NCBI GenBank assembly: GCA_963828815.1
Contig: CAWHGD010000002.1
Coordinates: forward strand, 158,125 to 222,124
Reading direction: 5' to 3'
Length of the DNA: 64,000 nucleotides
Origin: an uncultured Chloroflexia bacterium
Lineage (GTDB): Bacteria; Chloroflexota; Anaerolineae; Anaerolineales; Villigracilaceae
Each line of letters starts with the position of its first letter. Within the stretch, counting starts at the first letter, position 1. Below, piece after piece: positions 49,728 through 59,686 of this stretch. The notes beneath the pieces were generated by a model, which saw only the letters and a program-made list of their open reading frames with translations, was not told the DNA's origin and searched no databases. The translations under genes and the position numbers were made by a program.

Positions 49728-51173
49728 CTAGAATGGTCCGTAACCCAGGGCAACAGCCAGGGCGAGGAAAGCCACCGTGGCAAGGAAGATCCAGAACCAT
49801 AATTTGAGCAACCACCTGACCCACTTGTGATAAGGTACAACCGTCAGGCTGAGAGTGATTAATAGTGCCGCGTTAGTCGGGTAGACCAGGTTGGAAAAGC
49901 CGTCGCCAAAGCAGTAGGCGCTGACAGCGATCTGCCGGTTGACATGCACCAGGTCCGCCAACGGCATCAGGATAGGGATCAGCAGCAGGGCTTTTGCCGA
50001 ACCGGATGTAATGAACAATTCCATCACCAGTGTGAGACCGTAGATCATCATACCCGCGGCAAAGGGACTGACGCCGGTAAAAGCAGTCGAAGCCCAGTGC
50101 AGGATGGTGTCCAGGATGCCTCCGCTGGCGACAATATAGCGGACAGAGGCAGCCATCATCAATAATGGCACCGCTGGAGCGATCCCCAGGAATCCATCCC
50201 AGGCTGCTTTCCAGACTGACCTCCCCACCCCTGCGATCAGCCCGGCTCCAATGCCACCGATGACGAATAACAGTCCGGTCAGGGGCAGGGCGTAATCCGA
50301 GAGAAAGGTCACGAAAGGTGATGCGACGAGCACTGCCAGGATCAGGATGAAGAAGATTGCCAGGAAAATGATCGCCCTTTTCATACGTGGGTCGTCGGTC
50401 CGGTCCATTTCGAAAGCCCCCAGGCGCAAGCGCTCTGGCTGGTCTTCTTTAAATACAGGCGAGGCTTCCGGGTGGGAATCTATCTTCCTGGCATAGGCTC
50501 GTAGAAATAGGGCCAGGATGATATACCCGGCGACGAAGATTGCGATGCGCGGCAGCGCGCCGGAGAAAAGCGGTAACCCGGCAAGTTTCTGTGAGACACC
50601 AATCGTGAAGGGATTGAAAACCGCCATCGAAAAACCGACATTGGTGGCGAGCACCGACATGCCCAGCCCGACCAGTGAGTCCCAGCCCAGGGAGAAGGAA
50701 AGGGCGATAATGATCGGCACCAGCGGGATCACTTCCTCGAAGATACCGAAGAAACCGCCCAGCGCCATGAAGAAAAAGGTGATGACCAGCATCATCCTGT
50801 ACTTGTGTCCGCCGAAGGCTTTGATGATGCGCGTAATGGCTGATTTTAAAATGCCGCTCTTATCCATCACGGCAAATGCCACGCCCACCAGCAGGATGAA
50901 AAGGATGATGGCAATGACGGTGATATTTCCTTCGGCTCCCAGCACCTCGAACGGCGCCGTGAACCACCGCCAGATCGGGTAATTGGGGCGTTCGGTGAGG
51001 TTGAACGAGGTGGCATCGATCACCTGCCGGCCGTCCACTTCCAGGCGGGAATACTGCCCGGCAGGAACCAACCTGGTCATGATCCCCGCCGCCATCATCA
51101 GGATGAAAATGATAGCGACTGCTTGAAGAAAGGCTTTCGTACTGATCTGAGCGCCGGATTTTGGCTGGGTCAT
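49728..51173 (-). CDS. YfcC/DcuC-type (C4-dicarboxylate anaerobic carrier family) transporter
   Basis: The likely start is ATG 51173 (MTQPKSG...), after AAGGAG; the track ORF extends to 51254. There are about 12 helices. MDKSGILKSAITRIIKAF and GIFEEVIPLVPII are typical of YfcC-like carriers. Confidence 0.7.
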   Translation of the reverse strand: MTQPKSGAQISTKAFLQAVAIIFILMMAAGIMTRLVPAGQYSRLEVDGRQVIDATSFNLTERPNYPIWRWFTAPFEVLGAEGNITVIAIILFILLVGVAFAVMDKSGILKSAITRIIKAFGGHKYRMMLVITFFFMALGGFFGIFEEVIPLVPIIIALSFSLGWDSLVGLGMSVLATNVGFSMAVFNPFTIGVSQKLAGLPLFSGALPRIAIFVAGYIILALFLRAYARKIDSHPEASPVFKEDQPERLRLGAFEMDRTDDPRMKRAIIFLAIFFILILAVLVASPFVTFLSDYALPLTGLLFVIGGIGAGLIAGVGRSVWKAAWDGFLGIAPAVPLLMMAASVRYIVASGGILDTILHWASTAFTGVSPFAAGMMIYGLTLVMELFITSGSAKALLLIPILMPLADLVHVNRQIAVSAYCFGDGFSNLVYPTNAALLITLSLTVVPYHKWVRWLLKLWFWIFLATVAFLALAVALGYGPF

Positions 51174-51235
51174 TGCATTCTCCTTAGATTCTGGGTGTCG
51201 GACTCCATAAAAGAAACCCTGTTTCGTGCCGCAGG

Positions 51236-52084
51236 TTACATGACTTTCCTGCAAATCTCCAGGCTGTCATGCCACAGCCTTGCTGCGACTTCCTTATCGT
51301 AAGACTCGGGGCTGGAGGAGATAGGCTGGCAATCGGTAAAATATTTACCGGTCACCCCCTCCACTTCCGGGGAGGCAGCCAGGTAGATGCTCGTTCGGGC
51401 ACCCTCCTCCGGTTTTCGACCGAACAGACGGGCACTCAACCCGGCAAACACACCGTAGATCGGACCATTGTTGAGCGAGAGCCCCGTGTTCACGTAGCCC
51501 GGATGCAGGCAATTCACTGTCACACCGCTCCCTGCCAGTCGACGGGCAAGCTCGTAGGTAAAAAGGACATTGGCTAGTTTGGATCGCCCATAGGCCTGGA
51601 ATCCGGAATATCGCTTTATATTCTGGAGGTCGTCGAAATCCAGGTGTGCGCGCATATGCAAACCGGAGGACACATTCACCACCCGCGCCGGTGCGCTTTG
51701 TTTCAGCACATCCAGCAGCAAGCCGGTCAGCAGGAAGTAAGCCAGGTGGTTGAGAGCAAAGGTCATTTCCAGGCCATCCGCAGTGACCGATCGCCGGATG
51801 AAAACACCTCCCGCGTTGTTTACCAGCATATCCAGTCTTCGCTGGCGCTGCTTGAAAGCCTCCGCAGCCCGTGCGATACCCTCCAGTGTCGACAGGTCCG
51901 CGGCAAGATAATCAACGGAGGTACCAGTATCCCTTCTTATTTCTTCAGCCACCCGTGCGCACTTCTCAGCATTGCGGCTCAGGAGGGTTACCTGCGCTCC
52001 AAGACGCGCCAACTCACGAGCCGTCACCCGCCCGATCCCATTGGTTGCGCCGGTCACCAGCATGATCTTACCTTTCAAATCCAT
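51236..52084 (-). CDS. Short-chain dehydrogenase/reductase (retinol-dehydrogenase-like)
   Basis: The likely start is ATG 52084 (MDLKGKIMLVTGATNGIGR); the track ORF extends to 52255. NNAG and the YGRSKLAN catalytic motif are present. Confidence 0.8.
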   Translation of the reverse strand: MDLKGKIMLVTGATNGIGRVTARELARLGAQVTLLSRNAEKCARVAEEIRRDTGTSVDYLAADLSTLEGIARAAEAFKQRQRRLDMLVNNAGGVFIRRSVTADGLEMTFALNHLAYFLLTGLLLDVLKQSAPARVVNVSSGLHMRAHLDFDDLQNIKRYSGFQAYGRSKLANVLFTYELARRLAGSGVTVNCLHPGYVNTGLSLNNGPIYGVFAGLSARLFGRKPEEGARTSIYLAASPEVEGVTGKYFTDCQPISSSPESYDKEVAARLWHDSLEICRKVM

Positions 52085-52226
52085 GTCCAAACCAGCCTCC
52101 CGGTTTTTGGAATACCTGAGTTTAAAGGATAACACCGGTTCCGTCAAAGGGGCTGGAATTGGAACCTGCATTGTGATAAAGTATACAAGTGGGAGTTTCA
52201 AGACCGGGTGAGAGAAAGGAGTGCAC

Positions 52227-53105
52227 ATGGTCAAACCTGTCTGTTTGAAGAACATACTGGTGGCTGATGATGGATCGGTTCACGCCCGCGCAGCCATCCA
52301 ATTGCTGCTCAAGTTATCCCTGACCCCGGATACTCACACCACCATACTGAGGGTGTTTGGCTCCCAGCAGGCAACCGAGCTTTTTCAACTGGAGGCTGCC
52401 GGAAAAGAAAATTGTGCCAGACTTCGGGACAGAGGTCTGTCTGCCGACCCTGAACTATTGCTTGGATCCCCGGCTGAGAAAATAATCGAGTTTGCCGAAC
52501 AGCATCACAATGACCTGATTGTGCTGGGCGCGAGAGGCTTGCGCGCCACACTTGGCATCCTGCTGGGAGGCGTGGCGCAGCAGGTGATTGAATATGCTCC
52601 CTGCCCGGTGCTTGTGGTGCGGGCACCATTCAAAAGATTGCGGCGGATCCTGCTTGTCGTGGATGGATCCTCGAACAGCCAGCATGCAGCGGAATGCATG
52701 CTTCAATTTCCATTCCCCGACCCGGTGGATCTGCGCATCATGCATGTACTGCCGCCGCCGTTGGCGGCATCCGGAACCAAAGGGCGAGAGAACGGTCAGG
52801 GCGAGCCGGCCTCAGCTTCAGAAGAACAAGCCCTCCGGCTTGCGGAGGAAGAAGCCGAAGGACAGCATCTGCTGGAACGCATCGGCGCAATCATGGCTGC
52901 CGGTCAAATCAAGGTCGAAACCATCCTCAAGCGCGGGGATGCCGCCACCGAGATTATCAGCTATGCGAAGCGCAATAGGATCGATCTCATTGCTGCCGGC
53001 TCGCGCGGCTTGAGCCGGGTGCGGTCCTGGCTGCTGGGCAGCGTCTCCCGGAAACTGGTCCATTATTCGGGCTGCTCCGTGCTGATCGTGCGCACTCCCG
53101 GGTGA
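52227..53105 (+). CDS. Tandem universal stress protein (2 x Usp domain)
   Basis: ATG 52227 follows AAGGAG. There are two Usp halves, each ending in a G-x2-G-x9-G-S-like motif (LGARGLRATLGILLGGVAQQV and AGSRGLSRVRSWLLGSVSRKL). Confidence 0.8.
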   Translation: MVKPVCLKNILVADDGSVHARAAIQLLLKLSLTPDTHTTILRVFGSQQATELFQLEAAGKENCARLRDRGLSADPELLLGSPAEKIIEFAEQHHNDLIVLGARGLRATLGILLGGVAQQVIEYAPCPVLVVRAPFKRLRRILLVVDGSSNSQHAAECMLQFPFPDPVDLRIMHVLPPPLAASGTKGRENGQGEPASASEEQALRLAEEEAEGQHLLERIGAIMAAGQIKVETILKRGDAATEIISYAKRNRIDLIAAGSRGLSRVRSWLLGSVSRKLVHYSGCSVLIVRTPG

Positions 53106-53195
53106 TCTCCTGCACCTGGATAGTTTATCGGGTAAAATCAATCGGCAGGGGAACGTTCATTGCCTCGCAATTACTTGCAGTAATAGGGAGAGAAC

Positions 53196-53711
53196 ATGGA
53201 TTTTTTTAAGACAGTGGAAGAACGTCATTCGATGCGAAAATATGCCGATATGCCTGTTGAAGAGGAGAAGGTCCAGAAGATCCTCGAGACTGTAAATAAA
53301 GCCCCTTCCGCCGGCAATCTTCAAGGGTACGAGATCTACATTGTCCGCAAGTTGGAACAACGGCAGGCGCTCGTGCAGGCCTCCTGGGACCAGGGCTTCC
53401 TGGCAGAAGCGCCATTGGTGCTGGTCTTTTGCGCCAACCCTGCCCGCTCGGAAGAACGCTATAAAGAACGCGGGGTTGGATTATATTGCATCCAGGACGC
53501 CACGATCGCCTGTGCTTATGCCAGCCTGGCTGCCAAAGCCCTTGGGCTGGATACCGTCTGGGTGGGCGCTTTCGATGAAGCTGAGGTCAGCCGGATCGCG
53601 AAAATCCCCTCCGGATTGAGACCGGTTGCGATGCTCCCGATTGGCTATGCCGGCAAAGTGCCGTCGGTGCGCCCGCGCCGCGAATTGAGAGACCTGGTTC
53701 ACGAAACCTGA
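53196..53711 (+). CDS. Nitroreductase-family flavoprotein
   Basis: 171-aa ORF with RHSMRKY and APSAGNLQ motifs. Confidence 0.8.
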   Translation: MDFFKTVEERHSMRKYADMPVEEEKVQKILETVNKAPSAGNLQGYEIYIVRKLEQRQALVQASWDQGFLAEAPLVLVFCANPARSEERYKERGVGLYCIQDATIACAYASLAAKALGLDTVWVGAFDEAEVSRIAKIPSGLRPVAMLPIGYAGKVPSVRPRRELRDLVHET

Positions 53712-53763
53712 TCGTCAGTAAAGAGAAATCAGATTCCCCATCCTAATAAATAAAATTGAAACT

Positions 53764-53790
53764 ACACCCGGAAAGCTCGCAACCGGGTGT
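53764..53790. terminator. Stem-loop ACACCCGG-11 nt-CCGGGTGT + T-rich tail
   Basis: It lies between convergent 53196..53711 (+) and 53795..55246 (-) and is followed by TCTTTCATTT. Confidence 0.5.
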
Positions 53791-53794
53791 TCTT

Positions 53795-55246
53795 TCATTT
53801 CCCCGACTTCACCTGGCTGGCGGCATCCGAGCATTCGCAAGCAGTGACCGTCTGGTTGCCCCGCCGCAGGATACCCTCATAAGGGGCGTCACCGATCTGG
53901 GCAATCCATCCATCCAGGTTGAAAGCGATAGCACTGTCCACGGGGATCCATTCACCATTGTATTTGCGGGCCACATGGATGTGCGTGCCGGTGGCTGTCC
54001 CGCCTTCGCAGGAGGGATATCCAACCGGATCGCCCGCCTTTAATCTCCTTCCGACCGAGGCGCGCCCAATGGTGGCAACATGCAAATAAAGGATATCCCA
54101 TCCGGTTCGTTCGTCCCCATCCTGATCCAGGTCGAGCATCACCACCCCCCTCTCGGACCTCACCACCATGCCATCCGCCATGGCAGTTGCCACTGCAGGT
54201 GTCGTTACACAGCCGCCAACAGCGGCAGGGGGTGCAAAATCCAGCGCCGACCAGGGCAGGAGGCTGCCCCACGCTGTATGCGGACCGCCAGTGAAGGTCC
54301 ATGTATCGCCTTCCGGGAAGGGTAAGGTCAATTCCGGTTGTTTCAAACTGACAGGGATATGCGGTTGGTCAGCAGTCCAGGGATCGCCAAATAATGACTG
54401 GTACGACTTCGCCAAACCATCAGGTCCGATGGCAAGGGCATAATCCGCGGAGGAATTGTGCTGTGAAAAATAGTATTGGAACGCCACCGTGGCTGCGGTC
54501 TGCCAGGGATCGGGACGCTCGACACTCCCTTCGAGGTGTTCCAGTTCAGTCAGGCTTCCGGTGCGCCAGCCGTAATAACCATTGTTGAGCACATCTGCCG
54601 CCCAGATGAGTTGCATATACAGCCCGGTGTGCCTGTAATCCACCTCCCCGAGAGGGAAACTTCCCCGGGGGGCCACAGGTTGGGAAAGCGCTCCGGTCTG
54701 GAATTCCAACAGCGCCAGCAACACCCGCGGGCTGATGCTGTAATTGGTGGCTACAATATCCACAATCTCAGCACCGGACCGGGTCGCGTCCGCGAGGTAG
54801 GTGCTGTAATCCTTCAGCCATCCCGGATGGCTGGTGACATACGCGCGGGTGTCGAAAGGAACGGCGGACGGGCCGTTTATGAACTGACTGTCCGGTAATA
54901 TCTGAAAACTTGTCCCCCAGAAGGGCAGATAATAAATGGGAATTTTCATTGGCATGCCAGGCGGCATGGTCGTGGCGTCCGCAGGGATGTCAGGATTGGC
55001 ATCCCGAATTTCCTGTACGGTGGTGTTGAAATGGGACGCCAACGCGGGAAGGGTGTCTCCGGTTTGGGCTGTATAGTCCACGAACGCACCGGGATCATAT
55101 TCGGGACGTGTCGGCATGGCTGTCGCAGTGACACCTGCAGTCTGCGTGGGAGCCACGGGCTCAGGAGTTAAATCACCACCTCGCGGCTGGCAGGCTGCCA
55201 GGGCAAGTATGATGAGGAGCAGGAAAGTTCTCTTGGGATCGAACAC
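53795..55246 (-). CDS. LysM + M23-family (LasA/beta-lytic-type spacing) metallopeptidase lipoprotein, copy 1
   Basis: 483-aa ORF with lipobox LALAAC and LysM (YTAQTGDTLPALASHFNTTVQEIRDANP). It has a conserved central domain (ISPRVLLALLEFQTG...YYGWRTG). The M23 core is GGPHTAWG-x9-ALDFAP ... CEGGTATGTHIHVARKYNGEWIP. Confidence 0.8.
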   Translation of the reverse strand: MFDPKRTFLLLIILALAACQPRGGDLTPEPVAPTQTAGVTATAMPTRPEYDPGAFVDYTAQTGDTLPALASHFNTTVQEIRDANPDIPADATTMPPGMPMKIPIYYLPFWGTSFQILPDSQFINGPSAVPFDTRAYVTSHPGWLKDYSTYLADATRSGAEIVDIVATNYSISPRVLLALLEFQTGALSQPVAPRGSFPLGEVDYRHTGLYMQLIWAADVLNNGYYGWRTGSLTELEHLEGSVERPDPWQTAATVAFQYYFSQHNSSADYALAIGPDGLAKSYQSLFGDPWTADQPHIPVSLKQPELTLPFPEGDTWTFTGGPHTAWGSLLPWSALDFAPPAAVGGCVTTPAVATAMADGMVVRSERGVVMLDLDQDGDERTGWDILYLHVATIGRASVGRRLKAGDPVGYPSCEGGTATGTHIHVARKYNGEWIPVDSAIAFNLDGWIAQIGDAPYEGILRRGNQTVTACECSDAASQVKSGK

Positions 55247-55258
55247 GGGAGGATAAGG

Positions 55259-56821
55259 TTATTCACCCGCACGACGGATGATCTGCGACTCATACGACCC
55301 CACCGGGCTGGCGGTGATCGTCCGGTTGCCTTTGGTCAGGCTGCCCTGCCGCAGGGCACTGCCGGCATGGGCTGTCCATCCGCTCATGACGAATGGCAGC
55401 GGGTCGCCTGCTGCCATCCACTCGCCGTTATACTTGCGGGCAATATGGATATGGGTGCCGGTGGCCGTGCCTCCCTCGCAGGAGGGGTGCCCGATATGGT
55501 CACCGCCCTTCACCTGCCGGCCTACGGGGATGCGATCCTTGCTTGAGATGTGCTGGTAAAGCACCACCCAGCCGGTCTGCTCGAGACCATCCGGGTCAAC
55601 GTCGAGGACCACATAACCGATTTCGGAGCGCACGATCTGTCCGGATGCCACCGCAACCACCCAGGCATTTGATTCAGCACAGTCCTGTACTCCCGCGGGA
55701 GCGAAATCCAGGGCGCCCCTGGCGCTCTCCTGCTCCCAGGCAGCATGCGGACCGCTGGTGAGATTCCACAACACCCCCACTTCAAACGGCAGGCTGAAAA
55801 CCGGCTGGGCCACGCCGGGAGGAAAGAGCGGACCGGTTTCCTGAGCCCGTTCCCATGGATCACCAAACATGCTAGTGAAGAGCGCAGGAAAGCCGCTGTT
55901 CGGGTCGATGGCTTGCAGCCAATCCACCTGGTTGAGATGCCTTGAGAACAAGTATTGCAGGGCAACACTGCCGGCGTTCAGATCCGGAGCAAGCCGCAGG
56001 CTGGTACCATCCGGAAAGGTCAGGCTCAGCAAGGAGCCGTCGCGCCAGCCGTAATATCCGGTCAGCAGTTCTTTCACCATCAGGTGCATCTGCAGGAATA
56101 AACCTTTATATTGAGAGTCACGATACCCCAACGGATAATTCGGGTCAATGCCCGGTTTTGATACACCCTGCACCCAACCGGTATGGTACTGGATGAGTGC
56201 CAGCAGCATGTGGGGGTTGATCGAGCTTTCATTCGCAATCTGCTGGATCCCATGTGCCGCACTGGTTAAACCATTGATCATGGGCACCTGGAGGGAACGC
56301 AGGGTTCCACCCGCTGAATCGATATACTGTTCGATATCAAAACCAACCGCGCTGGGCGAATAGACCAGCTCGCTATCCGGTATGATCTGCGAGGCGGGCG
56401 TGGTTGTTGCCTGGGACAACAGGTTGGGGATCAGGAGCAGGGTATTCGGATCAAGCAAGCCGCTGACCGGCAGGCTGCTAGAGGAGGTAATCTCCGAAGT
56501 CGGTACACCAAAATGGAACGCAATCGCTTCCAGGCTGTCTCCCGACTGGGAAAAGTAGACCAGGGATGGTCGCGGCGTTCCAACCGTGACGGTGGCAGTG
56601 AGTGTGGACGTCGGTTCAGGGGGAGTGGTGGTTGCCGGTGTGGTGGCTAGAGCCGGCATGTTTGTCGAAGTGGGGGTGGAAAATTCTGTCGCCGTCTCAC
56701 TGGAAATGGGCGAAGGCGTCAGGTCGGGTGCATTTGTCCCCCAGAGATTGGGACCGCAGGAGGTTAACAACAACCCGGCTGTTAAAAGAAGAATGATGCT
56801 CTTTTGCTCGAAGGGAACCAT
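55259..56821 (-). CDS. LysM + M23-family metallopeptidase lipoprotein, copy 2
   Basis: The likely start is ATG 56821 (MVPFEQKSIILLLTAGLLLTSC); the track ORF extends to 56968 and would overlap copy 3. It has the same architecture (INPHMLLALIQYHTG, SGPHAAWE...ALDFAP, CEGGTATGTHIHIARKYNGEWM). Confidence 0.8.
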   Translation of the reverse strand: MVPFEQKSIILLLTAGLLLTSCGPNLWGTNAPDLTPSPISSETATEFSTPTSTNMPALATTPATTTPPEPTSTLTATVTVGTPRPSLVYFSQSGDSLEAIAFHFGVPTSEITSSSSLPVSGLLDPNTLLLIPNLLSQATTTPASQIIPDSELVYSPSAVGFDIEQYIDSAGGTLRSLQVPMINGLTSAAHGIQQIANESSINPHMLLALIQYHTGWVQGVSKPGIDPNYPLGYRDSQYKGLFLQMHLMVKELLTGYYGWRDGSLLSLTFPDGTSLRLAPDLNAGSVALQYLFSRHLNQVDWLQAIDPNSGFPALFTSMFGDPWERAQETGPLFPPGVAQPVFSLPFEVGVLWNLTSGPHAAWEQESARGALDFAPAGVQDCAESNAWVVAVASGQIVRSEIGYVVLDVDPDGLEQTGWVVLYQHISSKDRIPVGRQVKGGDHIGHPSCEGGTATGTHIHIARKYNGEWMAAGDPLPFVMSGWTAHAGSALRQGSLTKGNRTITASPVGSYESQIIRRAGE

Positions 56822-56859
56822 CGGGCAGATTATACCGCCTTTGAACCCCGGGCTCATTT

Positions 56860-58386
56860 TCAGCGCTGGATCTTGTTGACCGTGCTGTTGCTTTCGAAGG
56901 CTTCGACCACCACGCCGTTCCGTGTGAGCGTGCCGACGTAATCTTCGCCAGTTCCAGAGGAAATCCACCCGCTTAGGTTGAACGGCACCGCCCCGCTGGC
57001 AGGGATCCAGACGCCGTTGAATTTACGCGCCAGATGGACATGCGTACCCGTATATATGCCGCCTTCGCAGGATGGATGACCCACCGGTTCCCCGCTGCGC
57101 AGGTAGGTCTGCGGAGAAACCCTCTCCCGGCTCTCCACGTGCATGTACAGGATGACCCAACCGCTGCCCTCATTCCCGTCCCCGTCCAGATCCTGGATCA
57201 CCACGCCCTCGCCCGTGCGCGTGACCAATCCATTTGCCACGGCTGTCACCCAGTTATCCGACTCGACACAGCCCAGCGCTTCACCGGGAGGGGCAAAATC
57301 CAGTGCCCCGTAGGGGGTTCCTGCATCCCAGGAGAGGTGAGGCCCCCCGGTAAAGGACCAGATCTCCCCCATGCTGAAAGGCAATTGCAGCAATGGCTGG
57401 ATCAGGTCAGCCGGGATGAGCGGCTCAATAGACAGGTCAAAGGGATAACCAAAAAGCAAATAATAGGTATCGAAGATCCCTCCCGGGGAGACATCCCGCA
57501 TCCAGGTGGGATAATCATCCAGTTTGGCGAAGAAATTTTGCACGCCCGCCGTTCCGGCGTTGATGGTGGGATCGATCGGGACGATGGCCCCGTCCGTGAG
57601 TATCCATTTATGGTCGCCATCCACAGTCCAGTTGTAGAAACCGCTGTTGAGCTGGATGGCAGCCCAGGCTAATTGACGATACAAACCGTTATACCAGTTG
57701 TCAATATATCCAAAGGGTGTATCCCCAAGGCTGGGATCCGGATTGAGGTTGGAGACCCAACCTGAGCGATATTCCAGCAGTGCCAGCAGCAGGCGCGGGC
57801 TGACCGAGTAATCCTGGGCGATGAGCTGGACGATCTGGGCAGCATCCAGGGTGACGCCGTTCACATCCTGAGAGTAATTTGCCAGGTAGCCCCCCTGGCT
57901 GGCGATGAACCCGGCAATATCGAAAAGGCCGCTCATCGGTCCATAGACCAGTTCAGAATCGGGGACCAATTTATAAGCCGGTCCTGGCGCTTCGGGTGCT
58001 CCCACCGGGATGATCAATTTTTGCCCCACTTCGAGAGCATCTGGATTGGAAATATTGTTTGCGCGTACGATCGCTTCCACGCTGACATGGTAGTATTCGG
58101 CAATGGTACTCAGCATATCGCCGCTCTGGACAATGTAGATTTCCGGCCCCCCCGCCGCCACCGTTTGATAATGAGGGCTATCCGCCGTGGGTGTCAGCAT
58201 CGGCGCATCGGACGGTCGCATGGTCGGCAGGCGGAAGGAAAGGGTTGGGGTCTCCAGTCCGGCTGTGGGCACCTCCCGCGTGGTCCATACTGGAGCCGGG
58301 GTGACCACGCTGGTCGCCGTCCACGGGCGGGCACAGGCAGCCAGTAGAATGGATAGGAGAAAACTCCATCTTCTTATACGGAACAT
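56860..58386 (-). CDS. LysM + M23-family metallopeptidase lipoprotein, copy 3
   Basis: 508-aa ORF with lipobox LLAAC and LysM (YIVQSGDMLSTIAEYYHVSVEAIVRANN). Also present are VSPRLLLALLEYRSG, GGPHLSWD...ALDFAP and CEGGIYTGTHVHLARKFNGVWIP. Confidence 0.8.
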   Translation of the reverse strand: MFRIRRWSFLLSILLAACARPWTATSVVTPAPVWTTREVPTAGLETPTLSFRLPTMRPSDAPMLTPTADSPHYQTVAAGGPEIYIVQSGDMLSTIAEYYHVSVEAIVRANNISNPDALEVGQKLIIPVGAPEAPGPAYKLVPDSELVYGPMSGLFDIAGFIASQGGYLANYSQDVNGVTLDAAQIVQLIAQDYSVSPRLLLALLEYRSGWVSNLNPDPSLGDTPFGYIDNWYNGLYRQLAWAAIQLNSGFYNWTVDGDHKWILTDGAIVPIDPTINAGTAGVQNFFAKLDDYPTWMRDVSPGGIFDTYYLLFGYPFDLSIEPLIPADLIQPLLQLPFSMGEIWSFTGGPHLSWDAGTPYGALDFAPPGEALGCVESDNWVTAVANGLVTRTGEGVVIQDLDGDGNEGSGWVILYMHVESRERVSPQTYLRSGEPVGHPSCEGGIYTGTHVHLARKFNGVWIPASGAVPFNLSGWISSGTGEDYVGTLTRNGVVVEAFESNSTVNKIQR

Positions 58387-58526
58387 GGGATGATTGTACT
58401 GCCAATTGGTGCAAATGCGAAAGGAAGCCTCCTCCGCAATTCATGTCCTCCTGAGGTAGAAGACACCGTCTGCTGGCAAATTCCATCCCTCCAAGGTTAT
58501 AATTATTGCGAAGGTCAATTTGAAAG

Positions 58527-58763
58527 ATGGCACAACGAATAAAGATCCAATCCCACTCTTCCACCATAGCCACATCCATCGAAACCAGGTTGGATTCGCT
58601 GAAAACCGTCTGCCAGCGTAGTATTCAGGGGGACCAGGCATTTTTCCCGCAAGGGGAATTTCACGGACAGACGGTCTATTTCTGCACAGAAGCATGCCAG
58701 CAGGTTTTCCTTTCTGACCCAGAACGTTTCATCGCTGCACACAGTAGAAGGAGGGCTGAATGA
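58527..58763 (+). CDS. YHS/TRASH-like small metal-binding-domain protein
   Basis: 78-aa ORF. GQTVYFCTEACQQVFLSDPERF matches the YHS pattern. Its stop overlaps the next start (ATGA). Confidence 0.5.
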   Translation: MAQRIKIQSHSSTIATSIETRLDSLKTVCQRSIQGDQAFFPQGEFHGQTVYFCTEACQQVFLSDPERFIAAHSRRRAE

Positions 58764-59641
58764 AGAAACTCTATGGAGGCATGGAAGGCGGCGGGACAAA
58801 ATTCTACTGCGTGGTTGGGGGCGGGAAAGGCTCCATTCTCGAGGAAGTACGCTTCCCCACCACAACCCCCGAGGAGACCCTTTCCAAGGCGGTCGCCTTC
58901 TTCCAGAAGTTTGACCTATCAGCGATCGGACTGGCACCTTTTGGGCCTCTGGACCTGAATCCCGCCTCTGCAAGTTACGGCTCCATCACTGCCACACCCA
59001 AGCCCGGCTGGAGCGGGGTCAATGTGCTGGCTGCATTCACCAGGGAATTCAACCTCCCGATGGCATTCGACCTGGATGTGAACGCGGCAGCCTATGGTGA
59101 ATTTTCCTTGAATCCGGAGAACAAGAGACTCGAGTCATTCGTATATTTCACCATCGGTACCGGCATTGGCGCCGGGGTGATCATCAACGGGAAGGTCATC
59201 CATGGTCTCACCCACCCCGAAGCAGGTCACATGCGCCTGCCGCACGATCGCAAGCGCGACCCGTTTCCCGGCACCTGCCCCTTCCACGGAGACTGCTTCG
59301 AAGGCATGGCGAGCGGACCCGCTCTCGCCCAGCGCTGGAGAAAACCCGCTGAGACTCTCCCCACCCACCACCCCGCCTGGGAGCAGGAGGCCTGGTATAT
59401 CGCTTATGCCCTGGTGAATGTGATCCTGACCCTTTCCCCCCAACGGATCGTGCTGGGCGGCGGAGTGATGGAACATGAGCCCCTCTTCCCCTCCATACGC
59501 ACCAAGGTGAAGAGATTGCTGAATGGCTACATCGCCTCACCGGTGTATTCCGGCTCGCTGGAAAGTTTCATCGTCCCGCCGGCTCTCGGCAGGCGTTCCG
59601 GTGCCCTGGGCGCAATGGCTCTCGCGAAGGCAAAACTCTGA
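58760..59641 (+). CDS. ROK-family sugar kinase (fructokinase/Mak-like)
   Basis: 293-aa ORF with an N-terminal YGGMEGGGTKFYCVV, the ROK motif and a Zn-binding HPEAGHMRL...CPFHGDC. Confidence 0.8.
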   Translation: MKKLYGGMEGGGTKFYCVVGGGKGSILEEVRFPTTTPEETLSKAVAFFQKFDLSAIGLAPFGPLDLNPASASYGSITATPKPGWSGVNVLAAFTREFNLPMAFDLDVNAAAYGEFSLNPENKRLESFVYFTIGTGIGAGVIINGKVIHGLTHPEAGHMRLPHDRKRDPFPGTCPFHGDCFEGMASGPALAQRWRKPAETLPTHHPAWEQEAWYIAYALVNVILTLSPQRIVLGGGVMEHEPLFPSIRTKVKRLLNGYIASPVYSGSLESFIVPPALGRRSGALGAMALAKAKL

Positions 59642-59686
59642 TACTGCACTGGTAAACAAGAAGAACCTGAAGATGGGTGCCCGGGA

